64,000 nucleotides of DNA from the NCBI GenBank assembly GCA_030265395.1, contig JARFYF010000058.1, positions 20,151,006 to 20,215,005 on the forward strand. Direction: 5' to 3'. A program made the translations under genes and the position numbers. The notes under the pieces were generated by a model. That model did no database searches. It saw nothing but the letters and a program-made list of their open reading frames with translations, and had not been told where the DNA came from. Positions 24,356 to 35,313 of the stretch are shown piece by piece. The stretch's first letter is position 1; every line of letters starts with the position of its first letter. This stretch comes from Rhina ancylostomus (Eukaryota).

Positions 24356-25194
24356 TTTTATTATTCATATGATCCCATCCTGTGACTTTACACTCATCCA
24401 GAACAAAAGCACAAGTCTGAGAAACAATTTGCAGCATTGAGCTCCTTTGATAAATTAGTTTGTTAAAGAAAGTTTGAGAGGCATTACTTGCTAATAAAGT
24501 ACAAAATAAAATCTCAGGTATATTTAATAAACTTTTAAATGCTAGTAAGAATTGTTCTAATGTTATAACACCAAATATTGCTGCAGGCATTCAAATTTAT
24601 TAAAGTAAATGTATCACATGATAAATAATACATTGCATCCTTGGCTTTTAAATTTTTGACATACTTTGCAGTTCTGCAAAATTATCTTGATTAAATATAT
24701 TTATTAAATAATAAATATAACATGCAAAAATAAATAGAATTGTTTTATCTGTTCTACAGAAAATAATTGTTGACATTTCATAGATAAAACAGCTTAAACA
24801 TATTTAATAAAATACATCTACAAAAGAAAAAAATGCAAAATATAATGAAATTGAACTTAATATTTCAGCATTCAATGAAGGCTACATATAAAATTGATTT
24901 TTGTGTAACGTTGTAATAATTTACTTGCAACTGTTCCATCCAGGTCATCTTATTTAAACATTTGTGGCAAAAGAATTCAACTGAGTGGATAAGAGTTGCA
25001 GATGTTGCTGTGAATTACAATTCTCGGTAATAAATGTAATGCATGAGCTCTTCAAGACAATGTAGCAGAAAGCCAAGACAGAAAAGGCATGTTTCAGTTT
25101 AATAATGGTCAATACTGCAAAATTGTTTCTCAAACTTATGTTTCTGTTCTGGATGAGTGTCAAATCACAGAACAGGATCACATAAATAATAAAA
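24356..25194. repeat. Long inverted repeat (85-bp arms) around an AT-rich spacer
   Basis: 24356-24440 is the reverse complement of 25109-25194, with 13 differences in about 86 columns by manual alignment. Confidence 0.88.
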
Positions 25195-25224
25195 TGATCC
25201 AGGTAACATTCGACAATCCCAACC

Positions 25225-25388
25225 AGCAGTTACCATCACTCCTATAATCCCCAGTGTAATCACTCCATCATTGGTAGCTATGTTTTCACCTGACAAGGCC
25301 CTAAGCTCTAGATTTCTCTCTCTGGACCTTTCCATTAATCCATCTTTTGTTTAAAGACCATCCTTAAAGTCAATCACTATGATCAAAC
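25225..25388 (+). mobile_element. L2 LINE 3' fragment
   Basis: ATCACTCCATCATTGGTAGCTATGTTTTCACCTGACAAGGCCCTAAGCTCTAG...TTTAAAGACCATCCTTAAA, the L2 GGRAFS..GP.LWN...FK..LK region. Confidence 0.65.
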
Positions 25389-25560
25389 AAACAAAAAATC
25401 AGAAAAACAGGTGCTATAAATTTCAAATAAGAACAGAAAATTCACTTAGCAGGTCAGGCAGCATCTGTACAAAAAGGAACATTAATATTTCAGGTCAAAA
25501 GCACTTCATCAGAACTTGGAAAGAGGGAAAACTAAGTCATTTTAAGTTGCAGAGAGTTAG
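25389..25560 (-). mobile_element. Penelope 3' terminus with hammerhead core
   Basis: Minus strand AGTT-CTGATGA-AGTGCTTTTGACCT-GAAA-TATTA (25516-25483). The family motif CAGCAGGTCAGGCAGCATCTG is present with one mismatch. Confidence 0.72.
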
Positions 25561-26024
25561 GGGAGGGTGCATACAACAAAGGGAATACCTCTGAGGCCAG
25601 GGTTGCCATGGTGAAGAGCTGTTGATGAATTAATGAGGGCAGTTAGTTATAGAGAAAACAACAAAGAGACCTGTATAGCTGTGAAGTGCCCATCGGAGCT
25701 GTTGGAAACATCCAACTGATCAATATCAGTGGAGAGAGAAAGACTGACATAAGCTGCACCAGACTGTGCACATTCCTGGCATCATATTTTACCAAAAATT
25801 CAGCTCTAGACCACTTATCAGTTCTACCCTAACTTAAGTCAACATCTCACTTTTGTCAAACACATGATTAAGTCTCAGTCTGTCTTTCTATTTGCCCTTG
25901 TAATTTGCACATTGCTCTCTCAATAACCTGATAAGTTGACAAACGTTGGACATTCATGAATCAATTTTCTATTGGCTTGGGTACATGTTTCTGAGGAACG
26001 CATCTTCCCTTTGGCTGGGCTTGT

Positions 26025-26060
<36 letters not shown>

Positions 26061-27089
26061 NNNNNNNNNNNNNNNNNNNNNNNNNNNNNNNNNNNNNNNN
26101 NNNNNNNNNNNNNNNNNNNNNNNNNNNNNNNNNNNNNNNNNNNNNNNNNNNNNNNNNNNNCCCCCCCCCCCCCCAGCATATCATCATCACCTTCTCATTG
26201 GCTAGACGTGCCCTTGGTATACCATCTTCTCATGGGCTGAGCGTACCTCCCAGTAATCAGCATCCCATTGATTAGGCTTTTCCCTCAGGATACTTCACTG
26301 GCTTCCCAGGGCACAGTCAAATGCTGAGCAAGATGTAGGGAGTTTCGAATTCCACCCACCAGATCCAGTCAACTATGCATTGGTAATGTTAACAAATCTG
26401 TTAGTTGAAAGAGTTTAATGGACCCACAATGGGTAGGACTGCATGACTAAGACATTTCTTTGACCTTCAATACTTCATTTGATTCCTCAATTGATCAGCA
26501 ACATTTCATCACCTTTGTGACTATTCCAAAGTGCATAGAGTCGAACTCCTTCAATCCTCCACAAGCCCATTCAATACTCAACTGGTGAAAGTAACAAGAC
26601 TCACGGTCACAACCTTGATCAAAAATGTAAGTGGTTTATGTTTCTTTATTGCATTTCACCTTTAGGTTTTAAATAAATTACTAATAGCTTAAAGTATTTT
26701 TGTAACTGCATTTTAAAAATACTTTTGTTTTAACTTATGTAAATCTATTGAACTGTTTTTAAAGGCAGTTCAAAGGCCTTCAAGAGCAGTAAGCTGTCAT
26801 AAGTCTATCAAGTGTGTTGTGGGGGTATTGTCAAGAATACCACACCTGAGGCCTATTCGCGCACTCTCCACCTCATGGAATGGCTGCAGCAGTAGGACCA
26901 AAAGGTTGACTGGTATGGTAGCACAGCAAAAGGTAGGGATGGCCACACAGGGGGGAGGGGGAGAGAGGGAGAGGATGCAGGTGCTCATGGTGAATACAGG
27001 CAGCAGGATAGATCAACCATCGATATCTTCCTGTGCTCAATGTCACACTTTATTTGGGATGCTTTGCTCGGTCAGAGGCTCTGCATGAT

Positions 27090-27850
27090 GTGGTGTTAAA
27101 TGGGCAAAAGCAAAGCCAATTAAATTTAAAGCAGAGAAATGTGAAATCATACATTTTGAAAAGAAGAATGAAGAAAGGGTATACTGAGTGAATGGTATGG
27201 GATTCCTGGTTTAATTATAAAGGAAGACAACAAAGGTAAAGAATTTACTCCCAACCTTTATGAAACACTGGTTGGGCTTCAGCTGGAATATTCTGGACAA
27301 TGCACCTCAGCAGAGTGTGCAGNNNNNNNNNNNNNNNNNNNNNNNNNNNNNNNNNNNNNNNNNNNNNNNNNNNNNNNNNNNNNNNNNNNNNNNNNNNNNN
27401 NNNNNNNNNNNNNNNNNNNNNNNNNNNNNNNNNNNNNNNNNNNNNNNNNNNNNNNNNNNNNNNNNNNNNNNNNNNNNNNNNNNNNNNNNNNNNNNNNNNN
27501 NNNNNNNNTAACCAGAGAACACCAATTTAAGGTGATCAGCAAAAGAATGAGATACTAAAGGAGGAATCATGTTGTATTTATCATGGTGAGTTATTGTGAT
27601 TTGGAATGCCTGAAAGGATGATAGAAACAGTTTCAATCTGTTCAAAAGAACCAAAACTCTTGATGGGCTAATAGAGAAGGAAAATTAACTAGATAGCTGC
27701 AAAAGATTTGGGCTCAGGCATAATAGACTGACTAAGCCTTTGTGTAAAAAGGAGAAATTTGCAGGGACATTGAGAAAGTGGGATTAATTGGAAAAACTCC
27801 TTCAAACAACTGGTAAATATAAAATGGAGCAATGGATTTTGTGCTGCTAG
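27090..27850 (+). mobile_element. CR1 LINE fragment spanning a gap
   Basis: AAATTTAAAGCAGAGAAATGTGAAATCATACATTTTG (KF.AEKCEIIHF), CTTTATGAAACACTGGTT...CAGCTGGAATAT (LY.TLV..QLEY), and a CR1 3' end after the gap. Confidence 0.75.
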
Positions 27851-28879
27851 ATTACAGGAAGTTGAAATTCATTTTTAGTTACCTGTGCTAAATGTGCAAT
27901 AGAGTGAGTATTTCTGAAATTCAGTTTGATTGACTCCAATTACTGTATCCAGCTGCCTTTCTCACCATAATCCTGTTTCTTATCACTGATGGTGTAGAAG
28001 TACTTTAAGGACTTAGCATGTGACCATTTCCTCTTGTTTTGTTCTGTATCTTTTGGACTCATTCATTAACTTCTAAATGTATTAATAACCATCACTTCCG
28101 TTAGTTTCCATCCGTATTTGGTCCCATCATATATAAATGCACCACATCTCCAGTCAAGGGGAGATATATTTTCATTTCAACCCTGAGTCAGCAGCTCAGC
28201 GCAAGGAGTGAAAAGCAGAAAAGATGGGAGTTTATTTAATGCATACAAACTAAATGTGCTTTCTCTTTAGTTTTACTTAATGTGGTCATGAGCTTCCCAT
28301 ATTGTTTCAGCTGATACTACACAAATATAAAATTTCTTCCCATTTACCACTATTTAATGGAAATAACTTCAATTATTTAGCACTTGGACCAAAATTAGAC
28401 AACTGTGTTAGAAAACACATATATTGTGGAAAGAGCAGCATTTGGGTTTAATATTTCATTACTATTTGTTTTGCTTGTGGTTACTAAAGAGTGCATTGGG
28501 GAATTATGTTTTCTTGCCAGACATCACATTTTATTTTTATTGTTCATAGCTGTTAAACAACCAATTGCTTTTACTATGGCAAAGTCTCACTATTGTAACT
28601 GTTACTGTATAACATGGAGCAGATTTTAACTATTCAGCTGGACCCTTGACATTGACAGGAGGCTGGGTCAATGTTGAAAACTGGAACCTCAATGACAAAT
28701 GATGTTGGCACCAAACTGTCAACTTGCCAGCACTGAGCCAGAAAGACACAAGTGGAATATCATGTGGGAACAAATGCATGTGCAATTCTCCTCAAATCAT
28801 TTGAAGTATATAATAAGTTAAGTTGGTTCTATTCCAAGATTTCTGCATCAAAATTTTTCATCTATGCTTTAGGGGATGC

Positions 28880-29185
28880 TTACACCCCAGGGGAATACAT
28901 GCACTCACTGTCTCAAGTTAAAAGGTAGGTCACTTAGGATTGAAATATGGCAAAATTTCCTCACTCAGAAGGTGTAAGACTTTGGAAATCTCTACTTCAA
29001 AATGCTGTGAAGGTTCAGTCATTGGTTAACTTCAAAATAGAGATCAATAGATTTGTGGGTATTAAAGGAATTAATAGATGTGAGGACAGGACAAAATGGC
29101 TTTGGAGGTAGAAGATTGGGCATGATCTTGCTGAAAGGCAGAACAGTGGTCAAATGGCATTTTGCTCCTATTTATTAAGTTCCAA
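28880..29185 (+). mobile_element. CR1 LINE 3' end
   Basis: AATTTCCTCACTCAGAAGGTG..., GAGATCAATAGATTT, CATGATCTTGCTGAAAGGCAGAACAG, GCTCCTATTTATTAAGTTCC. Confidence 0.75.
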
Positions 29186-29499
29186 TGATGCTCTGTTCCC
29201 AATATAAGTGATAATTTGCCCTACAGTCACTAAACTGGATAATGGTTGGAAATGAATTACCAAATCATACAATAGGTTTAACAATTTTTAAACTATAAGC
29301 CAATTGATGCAAATTGCTGCCCTCAATGAGTTGTCTGGTCTGGCAGGATGACACATCCGCATGGTCAGTTGAGATATTTAAGAAGGTTCATCGTGTGAGA
29401 GACCTGAATTATTATCAAGTTAAATACTGTCTGGGGGAGATCTTAAATGACAAAGGAAATCTATACGTGCAGTAGCAAATTGAATGCTGCCAAAAGATA

Positions 29500-29828
29500 A
29501 AGACACATTTATGTAACAATTTTCATGGCCTGAGGTTGTCCAAAAATGTTTTATAGTCCATAAGTACTTCTAAAGTGTTGTCACTGAGAAATACAGGCTA
29601 GGATACTAGGTATAATCCACCCTGTTATGCAATTTTGAACTGGAGGGATTTTTAAACATTCACTTGGGAGAACAAACTAATATCACGTCAAACAGTGCAG
29701 CACTCCCTCAAAACTACACTGAAATGTCAACCTAGATTTTTGTGCTCTAATATCCAGAGTTGTTGTTTCAAACCACAATCTGCTGATTCAGGGAAAAGTG
29801 TGTTACCAACAGAGCCACAGCTCACATA
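29500..29828 (-). mobile_element. DeuSINE (SacSINE1-like)
   Basis: ACAGTGCAGCACTCCCTCA...CACTGAAATGTCAACCTAGATTTTTGTGCTC...TACCAACAGAGCCACAGCT is the reverse complement of the head. L2-like tail at about 29500-29590. Confidence 0.78.
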
Positions 29829-31764
29829 GACTTAATTGTCACTGGGCACACTGCAGCCAAACAATTCTTGTGTGTATCTCCACAATATTCAACCTCTTCA
29901 GATAGTCATTCTGCAAATCTCTTCCAGCCAATTAGTCCCAAAAATTATTGATTTTAAACCAATGCAAATCTAAACAAAAACTGATAATATAGTCAAAATA
30001 TGATTTATTCAGACCACTGTTGACCAACTAATCTGATATTTCACAAGGTTTATAAGCTGATGATTATAAATAAATTGCTAGATTTTCTGCAGCTCTTCTG
30101 ATAGTCACTTCAGATGTATTCAGATACTGTTGAAGTGAACAATATTTGACACATGGAGATTGTAAAGTCTAGTTTACTGAGACAATATTTACTGTAATTC
30201 ATCATAAATGAAATGCTTTCAAAATAAAAAAATCATTTTGACACAGTACTTTTACTATCCATTATTGGCATTGTGAGAGCTGAGCTTTGAGTGACTTTTG
30301 TATTTTGAAAGTCTGTAGCCTCATTCCCTAGAAGAATAAACAATATGCAATGAAGAGAAATAAGTAGTCCAGTTTCAAATACAAAACATTATAATGCACT
30401 ACAAGCTTAAATATTGGTTTCCCAATGAATATAAACTAAACATACTCTAATAGATCAGAGCAAACCAGGGTCCTGGACACAGTACTCTGTACCAACAAAG
30501 CAAGATTTGCTAATATTTTGGGCAATCCAGTATCCCAGATACTTAACAAAAGAGCGAGCTAAAGCCAAAGGCAGTGAGCTGTCTTTAATACATCAAAATA
30601 AGCCAGGGCCCAAGGCGCTAAACAATCTGAACTGATCTGAGCACATTACACTGGAAGGAGAAATCTATTTCACTGCAGGCTCCATGTAAATTGGGTTTTG
30701 AAAATAATAACCTTGCCAATGGAAATTATTACATTGAGGTTCACAGAGACTTCATGGTAAGCTGTCCTTGTATAATTGTTGTAATTCATGCATGATCTGA
30801 AAAGTCTTTTGCTCATAAGTTTAATGTATCTGCAGAATGTGTCTCCCAGTCTGGCATACTGTACACTTCTTCCAACAATTTACTCACAGCTGCTTCTGTA
30901 CACAGCCTGCAGCAAACTCCATGCCAACATCAGCCTGATGGAAGACAATAAGTCAAGAAGAGGAGCCAGGCTAGAACCAAAATGATCCAAAGATATTGAA
31001 ACAGGCCAATAAGACTGGAGATCTGGCCAGCAAGGTGAAGTAAAAAATGAATAGATTGATAATGTCAAGAATGCCCATTGGTTTAAAAGATTCTGTCACT
31101 AAATCTGAGAAAACATTATTGCAGCAGACGGGCTAGGATTGGAGGCCTTGCATTAATGTCTGTGCAGCTAGTCACAGTACTTTAATAGGCGTGTTGTTAC
31201 ACTTTTCATTTCTGGTTTTGACGTTGACTGCATGGAAGCAGACACAATGTGACCACCACTGAGTGCACTTGCAATGAATAATTAAAAGACCAATCCACTT
31301 TTGGAACTCAGAGGATGTTCAAGGTTTGGTACAGCATTAGCAATTACAGGATATGGACTTCAGAAGATCAAAGGCTATGCCTTACTTTGAAGATACCTTC
31401 CCATGTGTATTTCTAGGGTCAGTGGAAAGTTGAAGAGCAGTACTCTTTCCCAGCAACGGTCAAAAGGAAGTTTGCTGCCGGTATGAAAATGGTGATGACT
31501 GGAGTTCAGAAAGTCAGTGACAAGCTAATGCCTCACTTACACCTGCAGTACATGAAACCCTTTAAATGACCTAACCAGTCAGGAAAGTGAACACTATTTT
31601 ATTTACTTACATGCAGGTGTGCATTTCTCGTCTTGCTTTTGCAAGTCTCCTCCCATCACACCACTCCTAATGTCCATCTGTCTTATGCATGCAACTATCC
31701 TTCTCTTTCCATGCACTTCCCATCTCACCTGTCAGTCAGTATAGCTAGTCACCCAGTTCCTTAT

Positions 31765-32020
31765 ACCATTTGGATAGGGAGTTTAAATGGGATTTAAAGG
31801 TGAATGGAAAGTGGAACACACAGCCTGAGGAAGTTGAGGCAGAGACTCACAACATTTAAGAAATACTGAATACCCAAATCACCAAGGCATTGATGCTTAC
31901 AGGCCAAGTGATGGTAAATGGTGTAGTCTGGATGGGTACTCTATGGTCAGCATGCACATTGGGGGCGAGGGAGGGAGAAGGGTGCAACGTACCTGCTTAT
32001 GAGGTGTATGACTCTATGAC
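31765..32020 (+). mobile_element. CR1 (HER1-like) 3' end
   Basis: TGGAACACACAGCCTGAGGAAGTTGAGGCAGAGACTCACAACATTTAAGAAATA..., ending TATGACTCTATGAC. Confidence 0.72.
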
Positions 32021-32429
32021 AATTTGATGCCCCTCCATAGACACCTTCATCCAATTCACTGCCTTCATTCATAGGTTTTTAATCTTTATTAAAAGGTGTT
32101 GTGAAACAGAGGGAAAGAACCAGAGATGGTCTGTATAGCCAATAATTCCAGAGGAGAACTCTTTGGGTCAGTTCTGTCTCCCTGACAACAGGAAATTAAG
32201 AGATGGGGGAAATCTCCTCCCTACCACAGAATGAACTATAATCCCACATACCCAAGATGCTGACTCAAGTTGTTTTGTGACAAACTTGGAATAGTAGATT
32301 GGAGTTAGTTTCCAGACACCTGTATCTCTGGTCATTTCAACAACCACCCCTCCTCTGCAACTTCCATCCAAACAGAACACCACTGTTCCACGTTACAAGT
32401 TCCCACATGGATTTAAACTTGGCAATAAG

Positions 32430-32728
32430 GAGCAACACATTGGTGCAGTTGGTAGAGCTGCTGCCTCACAGCTCCAGTGATTCTGGTTCAATCCTAGCCT
32501 CCAGTGCTGTCTCTGGAGTTTGTATGTTCGCCCTGTGACCGCGTGAGTTTCCTTCCACATCCCATAGATATGCAGGTTGGTAGGTTAATTGTCCATTGTA
32601 AATTGCCCAAGAATGGAGGAAAATAAAATGGGATTAATGTAGGGATAGTGTAAATGGTCGTTTGATGGTTGGCACAGAGTTGGTGGGCTGAAAGGCCCAT
32701 TTCTGTGTTGTATGACTCCATGACTCTC
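32430..32728 (+). mobile_element. HE1-type V-SINE
   Basis: Head TGGTGCAGTTGGTAGAGCTGCTGCCTCACAGCTCCAG with B box GGTTCAATCC, V-domain GGAGTTTGTATGTTC, and CR1-type tail GGGCTGAAAGGCCCATTTCTGTGTTGTATGACTCCATGACTCT. Confidence 0.88.
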
Positions 32729-33004
32729 GGTATAGAGTCTCTTTCCCTCCAAGATGAACCCTCAACCAAAATTTCTTTCTGATATCTGATAGAGGCAGCA
32801 TATGCTTGCTTCTACTGGTGAGTTCCAACAGACATAGGGGTGGAAGTTAACTGCAGTAAGTTCCCCATTTTCCTGTCCCATGATCTAATAACTTTTATAA
32901 ACAGAAACAAGGCAAAATTAGTGTCATAAGGATTTTCAGACAAAGAAACTAATGATGACTGAGTTGAAATTCGTAAGTAGATACAAATTGATGTACATGA
33001 ATAG

Positions 33005-33220
33005 GGAGAGACAGAAAGATACAGGATGAAACAGGCCCTTTGGCCCACCGGGTCCATGCTGACCATCAAACATCCATTGTTACACTAATCCTATCCTCTC
33101 CACTTTCCCATCAACTCCCACCAGGTTTCACAGCTTACCTCTACCCCAGTGGCAACTTACCATGGCTAATCAACTAACCGATCCACACATTTTGGGATGA
33201 AAATGGAGGACCTGCAAGAA
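33005..33220 (-). mobile_element. HE1-type V-SINE, 3' part
   Basis: GAAACAGGCCCTTTGGCCCACCGGGTCCATGCTGACCATCAA...TACACTAATCCTA is the reverse complement of the HE1 tail. Confidence 0.78.
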
Positions 33221-33639
33221 ACAAAACAATGCCCTCCCTGCGTCAAGTTGTACAATGATTCTATGATTTTAATTGCATTAATGGAAATACATACATAGTA
33301 AATACAATGATTTTAATTGTATTAAGAGAAATTCAGCAATTCAATTCCTTAGATCAATCAGAAGCAATACAACAAAATACTTTTAGTTCACAGTTGTTTA
33401 TAATAGTACATAATGAGTAAAATGCATCAGTGCAAATTGTTTTTTTCTTTATATACTTCTATTTGTAATCTGAAACAAAGATTTTTATCATTTCAATCCT
33501 GCAAAAGCTGAAGAATCTGTCAGAGGAACAACACCTGCCCAGCTTTTAAAAATGAACCATGATAAAGAGAAAATTGGGTTACTCAGGCACAGATGCCAGC
33601 TGAGGCTATAGTCTGCATTCATGCCAGAGTCAATAGATC

Positions 33640-33968
33640 ATATATCCAAGACCCATCCCCAGAGAATTAAAGATTAAAAGAATGGTGACAATCTAGTGCA
33701 GTACTGAGAGTGGTGCACTGTTGAAAATGCAATCTTTTAGATGTGATTGAGAGCTGAGATCATGTTTGCCCTCTCAGCTTGCTGACGCTACTTTGAGTCT
33801 CAGAATCGAGCTAATACTTCTCTCTCAATCAACGCTAAAGAAACAGATTTCTGCTCATTATCACATTGTTTTTTCCTACTTTGTGCCTTTCTTATATTAC
33901 GGCAACAACAACAAGTAAAGCACTTAGGAACATCCCGAGCTCATGAAAGGTGCAAGAAAAATGCAATT
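33640..33968 (+). mobile_element. DeuSINE (SacSINE1-like)
   Basis: AGTGCAGTACTGAGAGTGGTGCACTGTTG...TGCCCTCTCAG...AAACAGATTTCTGCTCATTATCACATTG...GTAAAGCACTTAGGAACATCC...TGAAAGGTGC. Confidence 0.8.
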
Positions 33969-34304
33969 TTCAGAAGATTGCATCTGAAACTTGCACTCAG
34001 TGATGAAGCCTTAGAGGTGGAAAAGGACATTTATTTTTAATGGTTAAACAATCAAGCAGAGGTCCAGGTGTTGGTGTTTGCTTTATTCCAAATCCATTTA
34101 TCTTGGTACCTTTTTTTTTAAAAGCTGGGCACAGGTACTGTTCCTCTGATAAGAGGTGGCGCTTTGGAAAGATGCTCCTTATGAAAGCTTGCTGAACTTC
34201 ACATTAATGCAAGTTTTTTTTGTTTGCTTTCAGATGTAAAATTTTGTCATTTCAAAATCCTACTGTACTTGTGAGGAAGACTGATTATTTTACCTGAAGC
34301 TGCA

Positions 34305-34765
34305 CAACTTAAAGAGACTGACATTTATATAATACCTCATGATGTCCCAAAGTGCTTTCAGGCAGCAAAGTGCTCATGAAGTGCAGCTGCATTTGTAATC
34401 TAAGGAACAAAGCAGCCTATTTATGCACAGCAAGCTCTCAGCACTCTCTTATCTGAATCTGGTGATATAAATGAGCAGATGATCCATTTTATGTATTGAG
34501 AGATGAGTGTTGCTGTGAAACTCCCCTGTATTTCTTTACCTAATGCAATTATATCTCTAATGTCTGTCTAAACTTCATAGAACCCACTTAGGTAGCAGAA
34601 TACATTGCTTTCAGAATTTTGCACATGCAATAAAGAAATTTCCACCTCAGCCTCTCTAAAGGCTCAAGAATCCCACAGTCTTGCACCAACATCAGCCTTG
34701 GATTTTGTGTTCAAACTGAGGTCGTGTTCTTTAGAGAAGAGTGCCACCACCAAGTCAGAGCTTAG
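34305..34765 (-). mobile_element. DeuSINE (SacSINE1-like)
   Basis: CATTTATATAATACC...GTCCCAAAGTGCTTT...GCAGCCTATTTATGCACAGCAAGCTC...TCAGCCTTGGATTTTGTGTTCAAA is the reverse complement of tail, Deu domain and head. Confidence 0.75.
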
Positions 34766-35254
34766 ATTTGCCAGTATTGCTACATGTACATTTTTATGCT
34801 CCCCATTAGGGTGTGTTAGAATGAAGTGGACATGATGAGCTAGTGAGCAGTAACCAATGCATCAAACTTCAGCTGCTCATTTTTGAGCATCATAATTATG
34901 ATGGAAGTGATTGGAGTCCAGGAATTAGAGCAGCAGCAGGAGTGAGAGTCCAGAAGATCACTGGGTGGTCCCAGTTCCTGCAACTCTCCAAAAGGCAATG
35001 TCGTCATCACATGTAGCCTGACACAAATCATGATGGGGGTTGCAAAGGTGGGTCACAACAGGAAGTGCCCAGTCAAGTTCCCAGATGAAACATAACAACC
35101 ATTTCCTATGGCTGTGTTGATATCACATTTCATTAGTGATCAAGATTAATTTTCAGCTACAAAACACTGGAATCAACAGCATTTGGAATTTGAATTTCCA
35201 GAAAGAATTTTCAAATGTTGTGAACCAATTGATCATGAACCCGGACTCTTCTTT

Positions 35255-35313
<59 letters not shown>

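Noticed and set aside
34145-34165. CTCF-like site AGAGGTGGCGCT
   Set aside because: Only the 3' half matches; the 5' CC core is absent.
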